Source: Planctomycetota bacterium (lineage in GTDB: Bacteria > Planctomycetota > PLA2). Taken from it: a stretch of DNA of 64,000 nucleotides. The stretch spans positions 93,403 to 157,402 of the forward strand of contig JAJFFF010000001.1 in NCBI GenBank assembly GCA_021776785.1, in the 5' to 3' direction. Position 1 is the first letter of the stretch. Each line of letters starts with the position of its first letter. Positions 17,679 to 27,572 of the stretch are shown here, piece by piece. Position numbers and translations under genes: made by a program. The notes under the pieces were generated by a model. The model had not been told where the DNA came from, did no database searches, and was given only the letters and a program-made list of their open reading frames with translations.

Positions 17679-19244
17679 GTGAGCAGATGGGGATGGGCGA
17701 TCGCCGTGTTGGCCGCCGTATCGACGTGCGCGCTGTACTGGGGATCGGAAAACCTACGTCGCGCGAAGCAACGCACGGCGACCGAGAGCGAACCGAAGGC
17801 CCAAGCGATCGCGGAAACGGGTCCCGATCGCATTCCAGTCACGTGGGAGGAGCCCGGTCCGCCGTTTGAAAAACCGGTCGTCGTCACCGGGCGCGTGTTG
17901 GACGCGTACGGCCAACCCGTGTTTCGCGCCGAGGTTTCGGTCGTCGCGCCGCGCCCGTACCGCGTGACGTTTTCGCAATCGGATGGTCGCTACGAGTTGA
18001 CGTTTCCCCGTCCCGGGAAGTACCTGCTTGAGGGCCGGCTCACGTTGGACATGGCGCGCGAGCGCAAAACTATCGAGATTCCCGCGACCGGCGTCGTGCC
18101 GCGCGTCGACTTTCATCTTCAGGCGGCGGGCGTAATTTTCGGGGAGATTGTCGCGGCCGGTGCGCCGGTTGCATCCGCCTCCGTCGATATCGGCGTTGTC
18201 GATCTGTACGGGGACGTGGACTGGGAGCTCGACACGCAGGTGGAGAACGGGTTTTTCAGCTTCGCGTTTGCGCCTCCCGCCAACGTCCCGTTGCGCTTGG
18301 TCGTACGCGGGTCCGACGTCTACATGGAAAAACCGCTGGAGCTTACGTACACCGGCGAGCGCCTCGACCTCGGGCGTCTCACGCTCACGCGCTACCCGTC
18401 GCTGCTTCTCAAGTTGCGCCTCCCCGACGGGTCGTATGCTCGGGAAGTTTTTTCCGCCCCCGCTGCGTTGCTGCGACCGCAGCAGACCGACAGCGACGGC
18501 GACGTCTTGGACGACGGCTTGCCCGATGTGCACGGTGCGGGATCGCGGTACGTGTTGCGTGAAAAACGCGATGTGACCAAAAGGCTCGCGCTGTGGGCAA
18601 CCACCACAAAGAACGTGACCGTTCTCGTTGTCCGCGACATCCACCTCGTCAACGATCAACTGACGTCGCACGAAACCGCCGTTGCACCCGGCCCGTTTAC
18701 GGTGCGGCGTCGGCTCGTCGATGAAAACGGCGAAGCGTTGATGGCGAGACTTTCGATCCGGGGCGTGTCCATGGAGACGAGCCAAGACGGCTACTTTTCC
18801 GTCAGCGTTCCCCACGGCGGCATGTTCACGGCGCAGATACGTGCGCTCGCGCTGCGCGAGCTCGGTTGGGTGGCGCTGCCCGCCGCGGGCGGCCGCGCCC
18901 ACGCCGCGGTTCTCGTCAACGCGGATCAGCCCGATGACGTCGTGTTTTCATTGGCACGCCGCGTCCTGATGGTCGGGCGCCCGCCGTTTGCCGCGGTCTT
19001 GCGACGAGCGACCGGCAACGCGTCTCACGCATGGGGCTTTCACGTGGATGACGAAGCTCGTGTCGAGAACGTCGTCGGCGCGTTGTCGCCGCCACTCACG
19101 CCGGGGCGCTACGCGTATCGCAGCGGTATCTTGCGCATGCGGAGTGTGGCCGGTCTCACCAAACTCGCGTGGGATTTCGACGTGGCTCCGAAGGGCTGGG
19201 TCGAAATCACCGAGTCGAATCTGCAGGTCGTCGATCAGCGCTAG
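17679..19244 (+). CDS. membrane-anchored protein with carboxypeptidase-regulatory-like beta-sandwich domains
   Basis: N-terminal TM anchor. VVTGRVLDAYGQPVFRAEVSVV is typical of a CarbopepD_reg-type domain. Confidence 0.4.
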   Translation: MSRWGWAIAVLAAVSTCALYWGSENLRRAKQRTATESEPKAQAIAETGPDRIPVTWEEPGPPFEKPVVVTGRVLDAYGQPVFRAEVSVVAPRPYRVTFSQSDGRYELTFPRPGKYLLEGRLTLDMARERKTIEIPATGVVPRVDFHLQAAGVIFGEIVAAGAPVASASVDIGVVDLYGDVDWELDTQVENGFFSFAFAPPANVPLRLVVRGSDVYMEKPLELTYTGERLDLGRLTLTRYPSLLLKLRLPDGSYAREVFSAPAALLRPQQTDSDGDVLDDGLPDVHGAGSRYVLREKRDVTKRLALWATTTKNVTVLVVRDIHLVNDQLTSHETAVAPGPFTVRRRLVDENGEALMARLSIRGVSMETSQDGYFSVSVPHGGMFTAQIRALALRELGWVALPAAGGRAHAAVLVNADQPDDVVFSLARRVLMVGRPPFAAVLRRATGNASHAWGFHVDDEARVENVVGALSPPLTPGRYAYRSGILRMRSVAGLTKLAWDFDVAPKGWVEITESNLQVVDQR

Positions 19245-19262
19245 GGCCCAGAAGACGACAGG

Positions 19263-19302
19263 ACGCCCCCGCGCCGCGGGATCGGCGAGGGTCGCGGGGC
19301 GT
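19263..19302. terminator. GC-rich hairpin between convergent genes
   Basis: acgcccccgcg...cgcggggcgt: a ~10-bp stem with a ~19-nt loop. Confidence 0.35.
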
Positions 19303-19303
19303 A

Positions 19304-19639
19304 CTAGGTTTCTTCCTCGCCCGGCGCTTCTAGGATCGCGGCCGTTCCGTACGCTAAGAACTCGGCGGCGTTTCTCATGACTTCCGTGGACGCAAAGCGC
19401 ATCCCCAAGATCGCGTTGGCGCCCATTTCTTTGGCGTCGGCGAGCATGCGGTCGTACGCCTGCTCGCGCGCTTCCGCGATGACTTTGGTGTAGTCGTGGA
19501 TCTCTCCGCCGACCATGCCGCGAAACCAAGCCAAGATACTGCGCCCGATATGGCGCGAACGAACGGCCGTGCCGCGTGCGACGCCCAGCACTTTGACAGT
19601 GCGCTGACCCGGAACGTCAAACATTGTAGTGACGATCAA
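19304..19639 (-). CDS. YbjQ/UPF0145-family protein
   Basis: MIVTTMFDVPG...GANAILGMRF matches the YbjQ consensus (MIVTTT..PGYEI...GANAVVGI). Confidence 0.75.
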   Translation of the reverse strand: MIVTTMFDVPGQRTVKVLGVARGTAVRSRHIGRSILAWFRGMVGGEIHDYTKVIAEAREQAYDRMLADAKEMGANAILGMRFASTEVMRNAAEFLAYGTAAILEAPGEEET

Positions 19640-20073
19640 CGGTGTACCTCACGGTGGTAGCGATCGTGGGGGAGCAAGCGTTGCCGCTCCCGCCACACGC
19701 TCCACAAAAGCAATAGGGACCCAAGCACGAGGCTCGCGCCGGCGAGTTTGACTCCCCAGTGCGTGCGCTCGGAAGTGAAAAAGAAGTAGCAAGCGCCGGC
19801 GATCAGCCCGGCCAAGCCAAGCAGCAGCATGATCCATGCGGCGTGACGCTCGGTGCGGTTGTAGACGTCGTTCCAGAACTGCGCGAGGGCTTCGTCGCCC
19901 ACGTCATCGGCGGCGACCGCGGCGGTCACGTCGGCGAGACGTCGCATCGATTCGTACTCCGCACGCAGCTCCGCGTCGTCGGTAAGTGCTTGCTCGACGC
20001 GCGCGCGCGCCGCGTCGTCCAGCTCGCCATCGAGGTAGCCCATGAGGAGGATCTGGATCTCGGACTCAGTCAT
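19636..20073 (-). CDS. membrane-anchored anti-sigma factor
   Basis: Lies immediately downstream of an ECF sigma gene and overlaps it. N-terminal anti-sigma helix with a single TM segment. Confidence 0.55.
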   Translation of the reverse strand: MTESEIQILLMGYLDGELDDAARARVEQALTDDAELRAEYESMRRLADVTAAVAADDVGDEALAQFWNDVYNRTERHAAWIMLLLGLAGLIAGACYFFFTSERTHWGVKLAGASLVLGSLLLLWSVWRERQRLLPHDRYHREVHR

Positions 20074-20686
20074 CGCTTGAACCTGATTCCTTGGTTCCGG
20101 CGTCGTTCAACAACGGCTCCAGAACTTTTTTGAGCGCGCGCCGCGCCGCCCAGAGGCGAGACATTACGGTACCGATCGGAATCTCGAGACAGGCTGCGAT
20201 CTCTTTGTACGCAAGCCCATCGAAGTGAGAGAGGTGCAAGATCTCGCGGTGATGGTCCGAGACCTGCGTCATCGCCCAATGCACTTGCGTCTTGAGTTCG
20301 GAGCGCGAGGCGGCGGCCGACGGATCGTTCGGTTTGCCGGCGATCGGCGGCGCGTTCTCCGCGTCCAAGCTGACCGCACGAGACCGCGCACGCTTTTTGA
20401 GCGCTGTGAAACAGCAGTTTTTCAAGATGCGATACAGCCACGGGTAAAACGGCTCGGTTAGTCGAAACCTCTTGATGGCGCGGTACGCCCGGACGAATGC
20501 CTCCTGCGCCACATCCTCGGCGAGATTCGCATCGCGCATAATCGCGCGTGCGACACCGATGGCGCGCGCCCCGTAACGCTTGACGATTAGCTCGTAAGCG
20601 CCGCGGTCGCCCTGTTGACATGCGGCCAGTGCGCGGACCTCGTCCTCGCAAGGCTCTGAACGCGGCTCCTTACTTGCCTCAACCAT
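20066..20686 (-). CDS. ECF (sigma-70 family, group IV) RNA polymerase sigma factor
   Basis: Region 2 (LAEDVAQEAFVRAYRAIKRF..PWLYRILKN) and region 4 (HHREILHLSHFDGLAYKEIAACLEIPIGTVMSRL). Confidence 0.8.
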   Translation of the reverse strand: MVEASKEPRSEPCEDEVRALAACQQGDRGAYELIVKRYGARAIGVARAIMRDANLAEDVAQEAFVRAYRAIKRFRLTEPFYPWLYRILKNCCFTALKKRARSRAVSLDAENAPPIAGKPNDPSAAASRSELKTQVHWAMTQVSDHHREILHLSHFDGLAYKEIAACLEIPIGTVMSRLWAARRALKKVLEPLLNDAGTKESGSSDD

Positions 20687-20702
20687 TGGCTATTCGCGCT
20701 AA

Positions 20703-20996
20703 TTAGAGCAGAACCAAGGCCCAGATGCCCGGGACCACAAACAGCAGGAAAAGCCCGCAGCCGCCCCGCTTTTTGGGTGACCCATTCGGAGTCGCCAGCC
20801 CTTCACGGCGCAAAAAATCTTCGTACTCGGAGTCCGTGAAGCGCGCGTCGTCATAGCCGCCATCCGCGCCGAAGTCCGCTGCGATCTCATCCGGCGTGAT
20901 GTCGGGCGACCACGTGAGGTCTGCGTCCGCACCGCAACCCGGGCAAACGAGCTTGCTCTCGGGGAAGCTATCGCCGCAATGCGCGCAAATCCGCAT
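20703..20996 (-). CDS. zinc-ribbon membrane protein
   Basis: CAHCGDSF...CPGCG zinc ribbon and a C-terminal TM helix. The overlapping 20699..21304 ORF is rejected. Confidence 0.45.
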   Translation of the reverse strand: MRICAHCGDSFPESKLVCPGCGADADLTWSPDITPDEIAADFGADGGYDDARFTDSEYEDFLRREGLATPNGSPKKRGGCGLFLLFVVPGIWALVLL

Positions 20997-21055
20997 GGAG
21001 GTGAGGCTACCCGATTTCCGCGATACCGAAGGTCTTTGTAGACTGTCGGCTCACC

Positions 21056-21607
21056 ATGCACGACCACGTCCGCGAAATCTTGCGAGCGATCGGGGAGGAC
21101 CCGGATCGCGAAGGATTGAAGAAAACGCCGCAGCGCGTCGCTGAGTCGTACCGTTTTCTTACGGCGGGCTACGACCAGGATCTCCAGCATATCGTCAACG
21201 GCGCTGTGTTTACGGAGCGGGCGGACGACATGATCGCCGTGTGCGACATCGAGTTGCACAGCCTTTGCGAGCACCACCTGCTTCCGTTTGTCGGCAAAGC
21301 GCACGTCGCCTACCTCGCGCAGGACAAAATCATCGGGCTATCGAAGATCCCGCGCATTGTGGACATGTTCGCGCGCCGCTTGCAGGTGCAGGAACGTCTC
21401 ACGCGTCAGGTGGCTGAGGCGGTGATGGAAGTGCTGGAGCCGCTCGGAGTCGGCGTGGTCATCGAAGCGGATCACTTCTGCATGCGGATGCGGGGTGTGG
21501 AAAAGCAGTCGTCTTACGCGGTGACGAGCTGCATGCTGGGAAGATTCCGCGCCGACGCCAAAACGCGCGCCGAGTTCTTAACCCTGGTGCAGCAGACCCG
21601 GCGTTAG
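21056..21607 (+). CDS. folE: GTP cyclohydrolase I
   Basis: [20 protein letters not shown] and [24 protein letters not shown] are FolE signature segments. Confidence 0.85.
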   Translation: MHDHVREILRAIGEDPDREGLKKTPQRVAESYRFLTAGYDQDLQHIVNGAVFTERADDMIAVCDIELHSLCEHHLLPFVGKAHVAYLAQDKIIGLSKIPRIVDMFARRLQVQERLTRQVAEAVMEVLEPLGVGVVIEADHFCMRMRGVEKQSSYAVTSCMLGRFRADAKTRAEFLTLVQQTRR

Positions 21608-21671
21608 GGCCCGCCAACGACGTAGAATCGCTTGGTGCACGCATCACGCGGTCCCATGGCGTAAAACGACG

Positions 21672-23054
21672 CTAGGGGGTGCCTTCCGGGAACACTTTTC
21701 CCGGGTTCATTAGGTTGTCGGGATCCCACGCGCGCTTGATCTCTTTCATGGCGTTGAGCGTGTCTTCGTCGAACTGCAGCGGCATGTCTTCGCGGCGTAG
21801 GATGCCGACGCCGTGTTCCGCGGTGATGCTTCCTTGCAGCTCGATCGTTGCTTTCAAGAGCTCGCGCACGGCGGGGCCGATCTGTTGGTCCCAGTTGGCG
21901 TCCACCTCTTTGCGCTTGATGAAATCGATGTGGATGTTGCCGTCGCCGGCGTGACCAAAACATACGACTTCGATGCCGCGCCGCCGCGCGATTCCGTGTG
22001 CGCGGCTCACCAACTTCGGCATCGAGCGGCGCGGAACCACCGTGTCGCACGCGCTATACGCGGGCAACATCTTGGTCGCTTCGGCGACGGCGTGACGGAC
22101 GCCCCACACCTTTTCGCGGGGGGCGAGTTCGACGTCGTCGGCGCCGGCGTCGAGCAGCAGCGTGCCGACCTGTTCGATCTCGTCTTGGGTGCGCGCTTCG
22201 CTAAATCCTTCGATCTCAATGAGGAGCAGCGCGGCGGCGTCGGAGTGCGGGAGCTGGACTTTGAGCATCTCTTCCGCGAGCGCTGCGGCGGCGCGCTCGA
22301 TGAACTCGACGGCCGACAGCGTGGCGCCGCAGCGTTCGACTTCGAGTGCGGCCTGCGCGGCGGTGTCCATGGACGAGAACGCGGCGAGTAGCGTGCGCCG
22401 GTGCGTCGGCAGCGGCACGAGCTTGATCGTGGCCTCCGTAATGACGCCGAGAGTTCCTTCGCTTCCGACCAAGAGATGGTGCAGCGCGTAACCGGCCGAG
22501 TTTTTGGCAAGTTTGCCGCCCGAGCGGATCACGCGACCGCCCATCAAGACGGCCTCGATGCCCGTGACTTGCGCGCGCGTGGTTCCGTACTTCACCGCGC
22601 GTTCGCCGCCCGCGTCGCACGCCAGGTTGCCGCCGATCAAACACGATCCGCCCGAAGACATATCGACGGGGTACCAGAGCTTTTGCTCTTCACACGCGGC
22701 GTGGAGATCCCACAAAATGACGCCGGGTTCGACGACCGCGTACCGATTCGACGCGTCGATCTCCTTGATGCGGTTCATCTTCTCCAGCGACAACACGATG
22801 CCGCCCTGGACCGGGATCGCGCCGCCCGCCTTGCCCGTGCCCCCGCCGCGGGGCGTGACCGGAATGCGCTCCTGTTGCGCTAAACGCATGACCTCGACGA
22901 CTTCGGGCGTGGAACGTGGGCGGACCACGATGCCGGCCGGCGCGAACAGGTCCATCGTTTCGTCGCGTCCGTACTGTTCGAGATCTTCGTGCAATACGTC
23001 GATGTCGAGCGAGCGGAGATGTTCGGCGATCGCGTCGAGTGCCATGCGTTCCAT
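21672..23054 (-). CDS. FAD-linked oxidase (GlcD/D-lactate dehydrogenase family)
   Basis: FAD-binding PCMH domain (RPRSTPEVVEVMRLAQQERIPVTPRGGGTG) and a C-terminal FAD-oxidase domain. Start placed at the MERMALD Met. Confidence 0.75.
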   Translation of the reverse strand: MERMALDAIAEHLRSLDIDVLHEDLEQYGRDETMDLFAPAGIVVRPRSTPEVVEVMRLAQQERIPVTPRGGGTGKAGGAIPVQGGIVLSLEKMNRIKEIDASNRYAVVEPGVILWDLHAACEEQKLWYPVDMSSGGSCLIGGNLACDAGGERAVKYGTTRAQVTGIEAVLMGGRVIRSGGKLAKNSAGYALHHLLVGSEGTLGVITEATIKLVPLPTHRRTLLAAFSSMDTAAQAALEVERCGATLSAVEFIERAAAALAEEMLKVQLPHSDAAALLLIEIEGFSEARTQDEIEQVGTLLLDAGADDVELAPREKVWGVRHAVAEATKMLPAYSACDTVVPRRSMPKLVSRAHGIARRRGIEVVCFGHAGDGNIHIDFIKRKEVDANWDQQIGPAVRELLKATIELQGSITAEHGVGILRREDMPLQFDEDTLNAMKEIKRAWDPDNLMNPGKVFPEGTP

Positions 23055-23103
23055 TCTACGCTGCGCACACGGCTTCTTTGCGCGCCGGGTAGCCTGTTTT
23101 GCG

Positions 23104-23427
23104 ATGTTCGAAGTCTCGGTGGAAGAGGTCAAACGCCTTCTCGATGCGGACCAGCCCATTTGGCTGCTGGACGTTCGTGAGCCGCAAGAGCTCGCGATCT
23201 GCGCGCTGCCGGGCGCCGAGCACATCCCGATGCTGCACCTGTTTACGGGCACCGTCCAAACCAAAGCGCAGCAAGACGATCCGATCATCGTGTTTTGCCA
23301 TCACGGGATTCGATCGCTTGAGGCCGCGCAGTACTTGCGGATCAACGGGTACGGGAACGCGTTTTCGATGAGCGGCGGCGTTCATGCGTGGGCCGCGCGC
23401 GTCGATCCTTCGATGAACAGGTACTAG
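23104..23427 (+). CDS. single-domain rhodanese-like sulfurtransferase
   Basis: 107 aa with an active-site loop FCHHGIRS (CxxGxR). The ATG at 23104 was verified in the sequence. Confidence 0.65.
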   Translation: MFEVSVEEVKRLLDADQPIWLLDVREPQELAICALPGAEHIPMLHLFTGTVQTKAQQDDPIIVFCHHGIRSLEAAQYLRINGYGNAFSMSGGVHAWAARVDPSMNRY

Positions 23428-23443
23428 GTTCGCCCGGGCGTGG

Positions 23444-24412
23444 TCAGCGGTCGCGCGCGAGCTTGCCTTGGTCCCGAACGAGCGCCGAGCGATCGGCCGC
23501 AGCGTGCTCCAGCAGTGTGTCCGTCGTCGCGTCGCCCAATACGGCGAGCGCGTTGCGGGCGAGGCCGCGGCGTCCGGGGCGCGCGAGCGCGGTATCGCCG
23601 TACGTTGCGCGATACTCGCCCTTCGTCATCGTGATCCAGGACGCGAGGTCGGGGTTGGCTTGACCGGGTCGCGGCGCGAACTCTTGGCGCGCGCTGTCTT
23701 TAGCTCGGCTGTTCCAAGGGCACACGTCCTGGCAGGCGTCGCACCCAAACGCCCATTCGTCTAGGTCGAGCGTCCGCGCGATCGGTTTCCACTGCTCGAT
23801 CGTCAGATACGGAATGCACCGGCGCGCGTCGATCACGCGTGGTTGGACAAACGCGTCGGTCGGGCATGACGACAGGCAACGCGTGCAGGTTCCGCAGCGG
23901 TCGGCGTGGCTCGCCCCGGGCGTGAGCGCGGCGGTCGTGAGCACGGTGGCCAGAAACACCCACGAGCCAAACTCCTGCGTGATGAGGCAACCATTCTTGC
24001 CGATCCACCCGATCCCGGCACGCTCCGCCCATGCTTTTTCGAGGAGCGGTCCGGTGTCGGAGTATGCGCGAAACTGCTCCGCGGGATGAAGCTGTTGCAG
24101 CAACGGCAACAACCGGTCGAGTTGTCGCTTCATCACGAGGTGATAGTCTTCGCCCCAAGCGTAGCGCGACACGCGCGGACCCGCCGCGTGCTCGTCGGGC
24201 GTGTAGTAATTCGTCGCCAATGCGATCACCGACCGGCATCCAGGCACGATCTCGTCGGGCGCGCGGCGGCGCTCCATGTACGCCATGTCGCCATGGAAGC
24301 CGGCGTCGAGCCACTCCTTTAGGCGTGTGTCCTCCGGCCCCGGTTGGGCCGCGGCGATGCCGCAGAGGTCAAACCCGCTGGCAAGCGCGGCGGTATGGAT
24401 CGTGTCGGCCAA
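23444..24412 (-). CDS. queG: epoxyqueuosine reductase
   Basis: Two 4Fe-4S motifs, CGTCTRCLSSCP and CDACQDVCPWN, in the QueG arrangement. Confidence 0.8.
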   Translation of the reverse strand: MADTIHTAALASGFDLCGIAAAQPGPEDTRLKEWLDAGFHGDMAYMERRRAPDEIVPGCRSVIALATNYYTPDEHAAGPRVSRYAWGEDYHLVMKRQLDRLLPLLQQLHPAEQFRAYSDTGPLLEKAWAERAGIGWIGKNGCLITQEFGSWVFLATVLTTAALTPGASHADRCGTCTRCLSSCPTDAFVQPRVIDARRCIPYLTIEQWKPIARTLDLDEWAFGCDACQDVCPWNSRAKDSARQEFAPRPGQANPDLASWITMTKGEYRATYGDTALARPGRRGLARNALAVLGDATTDTLLEHAAADRSALVRDQGKLARDR

Positions 24413-24436
24413 GGGGCATCATCCTACAATCTCTGC

Positions 24437-25099
24437 ATGTGCGTTCTCATCTGCCGCATCGGAGAGCGTCCCGCGTTGGCTGCGAATCGGGACGAGCACT
24501 ACGCGCGTCCGTTCCGTGCGCCGCGCTTGTGGGTCGGGCCGACACCGTTTTGGGCGCCGGTGGATGACGAAGAGGGCGGCACGTGGGTGGGAGTCAATCG
24601 TCGCGGCTTGATCGCCGGCATCACCAACCGCTCGCGCCTGTCCGAACAGCCGGGGCGTGCGAGTCGCGGCCATCTTGTGACCGGCGTGCTCTCGCAGCCG
24701 GATGCACCGTCTGCGCGCGCGTGGTTGGATGCCCAGCTTCGCGCCGCCCCCCGCAACCCGTGCCAGATCATCGCGATGCACGCCGCGGGGTCGTGGCTGT
24801 GCGAGATCGACGGCGACCGCTACACGTTTCAGGACTTGTCCGCCGGCATTCTCGTGCTCAGCAATCTGCACGACTCCGACGAGATTGACCTGGGGTTGGC
24901 TCCCGACGCGTCGCTCGACGAAATGAAGGCACCGTTGGCCGATGCGACGCCGCGCCTGCCGCGCGGCTACGCGATCTGCAAGCGTGCGGGGTGGCGCGGC
25001 ACGGTCGCGTCCGCATTAATCGAGCCCGGCGAGCGCTTTTGGTTCGCGGGCGGCCCGCCGGACGAAACCAGCTACGAGCCGGTCGACCCGTACCCGTAG
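24437..25099 (+). CDS. NRDE-family (TANGO2-like, DUF833) protein
   Basis: Begins MCVLICRIGERPALAANRDE, the characteristic N-terminal Cys plus NRDE motif. The ATG at 24437 was verified. Confidence 0.6.
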   Translation: MCVLICRIGERPALAANRDEHYARPFRAPRLWVGPTPFWAPVDDEEGGTWVGVNRRGLIAGITNRSRLSEQPGRASRGHLVTGVLSQPDAPSARAWLDAQLRAAPRNPCQIIAMHAAGSWLCEIDGDRYTFQDLSAGILVLSNLHDSDEIDLGLAPDASLDEMKAPLADATPRLPRGYAICKRAGWRGTVASALIEPGERFWFAGGPPDETSYEPVDPYP

Positions 25100-25259
25100 C
25101 GTTGTGGATAACCTGTGGACAAGTGCGGCCAAAATCCCGCAGGCAACATCCATAACCAAAGAACAAACAAAAGGTTACACCAACCAAACGCGGGACCTGG
25201 TCCCCCTCTGAGTGCCCTCTCTCTCTGAGTGGGGTGCGGTTTGTTTGTTTGGTCTTTTC
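25100..25259. other. lower-GC structured intergenic spacer between convergent genes; possible bidirectional terminator or small RNA
   Basis: Imperfect long inverted repeat (aaccaaagaacaaacaaaagg ... ggtgcggtttgtttgtttggtc), direct repeat CTCTGAGTG x2, and a T-rich 3' end. Confidence 0.2.
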
Positions 25260-26807
25260 TTAGAGCGACTCGACCATTTGTTTTGCTCCCTGGAGCGCCA
25301 CTCGTTGCATGTACAGGTCGAGGCCTCGTAGGCCGCCCAGCTCGCAGCCGCCGCCCGCCCGACCGGGGCCCCCGTGCTGCGATTGCGGCAGCGCGATGCC
25401 CGAGCCCATGCCTTGGCTCGCCATCGCGCTCGATCCCAAATAAAGCCGGCCTGTGAACGCGCCGCCCTCTTGGACATATTGCTCCACCCACGCGTTGTCT
25501 TCGGAGTAGAGCGAGACGACAAGCGTCCCCTGCGCGCGCGCCACGGCACTGGCGGCAGCGGACGCACTGCCGTCATACGGAATAATCGTCGCGACGGGCC
25601 CGAACACTTCGTGCTCGTGAATCACCTGGGTGTCGCGCGGATCGCGCGCGCGCAGAAGGGTCGGCCCGAAGAAGTAACCCTTCTTCGCATCCGCGCCGAC
25701 TCCGTTGACGCGTTCACCGCTTCCGAACACGATGTCCGCGACGTCCCCGAGTAACTTGACGCCGGAGATGGCGTCGCGCAGCTGTCCGGCCGTGGCAAGC
25801 GGGCCCATGCGCACGGACTCGTCGCGCGGGTTGCCCGTGACCGTTTTCGACAGACGGGCACCCAATGCTTCCTGCACCGCGTCGGCCTGTGCGTCCGGCA
25901 CGAAGATGCGTCGCACGGCCGTACACTTTTGGCCCGACTTCTGAGTCATCTCGCGCGCCACGTCCTTGATGAACAGGCTGAACGTGTCGCTCTCGGCGGC
26001 CACGTCGGGCGCCAGAACGGCGGCGTTGAGGCTGTCCGCTTCCAGATTGACGCGCGCGTTCGATGCGAGCAGGTTTTCGCCGCAGCGCAGCTTCAGCGCC
26101 GTATCCGCAGATCCCGTAAAGGCCAACACGTCTTGACTGCCCAGCAGCGACAGGAGGCGCCCGGTGGATCCGCACAGGAACTGGAACGCACCCTCGGGCA
26201 AGATGCCGGCCTCGACAATGATCTCGACGCACCGCTCCGTGACCAGAGCGGACGACGTGGCGGGTTTCGAAATCACGGGCACGCCGGCGAGCAGGGCGCA
26301 GGCCGCTTTTTCGGCGAAGCCCCAGGCCGGGAAGTTGAACGCGTTGATATGCACCGCGACACCGCGCAAAGGCACCTTGATGTGGCGACCCCAAAACGCA
26401 TCTTCTTTCGCCAGCGCCATGCCGTCATCTTCTGACAGGGTCCTGCGGTCACCGAGACTCTTCGACAGGTACGCGTAGTAGCCCAACGTGCCCGTGGCTC
26501 CGTCGAGGTCGAACGCCGCGTCGCGAACGGTCGTCCCCGTGTTTTGGATCGAGAGTTCAATCAGTTCATCGCGCGCCGCGTGAAGCGCTTTCGACATGCC
26601 CTTGAGCAACGCGCCCCGCTCCAGAAACGTCATCGCGCGCAACGCGGGACCGCCCTTGTCACGCGCGTGTTCAAGCACAGCTTCGATGTCAACGCCGGAA
26701 GACGACGCACGGGCGATGGTCTCGCCGCTGACCGGATCGTGCAGGTCGCGAAATGCTTTGTCGGCGGTGTACCACTCGCCGCAAACGTAACTCTTGAGCG
26801 TCTTCAT
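25260..26807 (-). CDS. aldehyde dehydrogenase, PaaN/BoxD-like
   Basis: The N-terminus MKTLKSYVCGEWY is typical of PaaN-type aldehyde dehydrogenases. ALDH fold with a catalytic Cys region (FQFLCGSTG). Confidence 0.7.
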   Translation of the reverse strand: MKTLKSYVCGEWYTADKAFRDLHDPVSGETIARASSSGVDIEAVLEHARDKGGPALRAMTFLERGALLKGMSKALHAARDELIELSIQNTGTTVRDAAFDLDGATGTLGYYAYLSKSLGDRRTLSEDDGMALAKEDAFWGRHIKVPLRGVAVHINAFNFPAWGFAEKAACALLAGVPVISKPATSSALVTERCVEIIVEAGILPEGAFQFLCGSTGRLLSLLGSQDVLAFTGSADTALKLRCGENLLASNARVNLEADSLNAAVLAPDVAAESDTFSLFIKDVAREMTQKSGQKCTAVRRIFVPDAQADAVQEALGARLSKTVTGNPRDESVRMGPLATAGQLRDAISGVKLLGDVADIVFGSGERVNGVGADAKKGYFFGPTLLRARDPRDTQVIHEHEVFGPVATIIPYDGSASAAASAVARAQGTLVVSLYSEDNAWVEQYVQEGGAFTGRLYLGSSAMASQGMGSGIALPQSQHGGPGRAGGGCELGGLRGLDLYMQRVALQGAKQMVESL

Positions 26808-26885
26808 CGCGGGGAAGCGTACCTTAGCCCGCTTACCGCGTCACGCCACGGAGCGCTTAGGCTCGGTTTCAAGTGGACTGATTGC

Positions 26886-27572
26886 CTAGCCGGGCGTTTC
26901 GGGCTCGTCGTCATCGCTGTCGGGCTCATCGCCGTCGCCGGATGGATCCGCGTCTTCGGGGTTGTCGTCCTGAGGCGCGTCGTTGGGGCCGTCGTCATCC
27001 GCGTTCAGATGTTGCTCCCACTGCTCGATCTCGTCGAGTGTCTGGGGCGGGTAGTCCCCCTGCTCTTCGATCAGCATCTGTTGCAGCCAGCTGAGCAAGT
27101 AAATTTTGACGATAGCAAACTGCTTGTCGGAAAACTCTTCGAACGCAAGCTCGTCCTGCATATCCGCTTCGTCGAGTTCGTGCAACGCACCCAACGCGAG
27201 GCGGCCCGCGTTGAGCGCGCTTAGCCAGCCCGGAATGTGCGCACCCGGAATGGCGAAACTCCAGATGCCGAGCGGCGCATCGTCCGATGGTTCGCTCGTC
27301 GCTAGAGACTGCAAATCCTTGAGCACGATCTCGCGCGCCGACGCAATCAACGAAAACAGGTCGGGGTGGACTAAGCGCTCCCACTCCTGGTTTGTTTGAT
27401 CATCGTCGGTGGGGGGCGGATAGAGGCGTTGCCGCACCACGTCCGGCTGGTCGGTCCCCAGCAACTCGGGGAGCTCGTGCAAGACGTGCAGGAACGCCGG
27501 CGTAAGTTGATCGAACACGATGCCGCCATCGGGGCGTCGCCGGAGCCGGGGGGGATTCACTCCTGCGTGCAC
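26886..27572 (-). CDS. hypothetical acidic protein encoded immediately after clpS
   Basis: 228 aa with a strongly acidic C-terminus. It overlaps the clpS stop by 16 bp and takes the position clpA usually has. Confidence 0.45.
   Translation of the reverse strand: MHAGVNPPRLRRRPDGGIVFDQLTPAFLHVLHELPELLGTDQPDVVRQRLYPPPTDDDQTNQEWERLVHPDLFSLIASAREIVLKDLQSLATSEPSDDAPLGIWSFAIPGAHIPGWLSALNAGRLALGALHELDEADMQDELAFEEFSDKQFAIVKIYLLSWLQQMLIEEQGDYPPQTLDEIEQWEQHLNADDDGPNDAPQDDNPEDADPSGDGDEPDSDDDEPETPG

Noticed and set aside
20699-21304. 201-aa minus-strand ORF
   Set aside because: It overlaps the well-supported folE gene on the opposite strand and the smaller zinc-ribbon gene in another frame. The protein is R/S/T-rich, typical of wrong-frame high-GC ORFs.
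22504-23103. N-terminal 200 codons of the 307-aa plus-strand ORF
   Set aside because: Only the last 107 codons form a rhodanese domain, starting at the ATG at 23104. The upstream portion is antisense to the FAD-oxidase gene.
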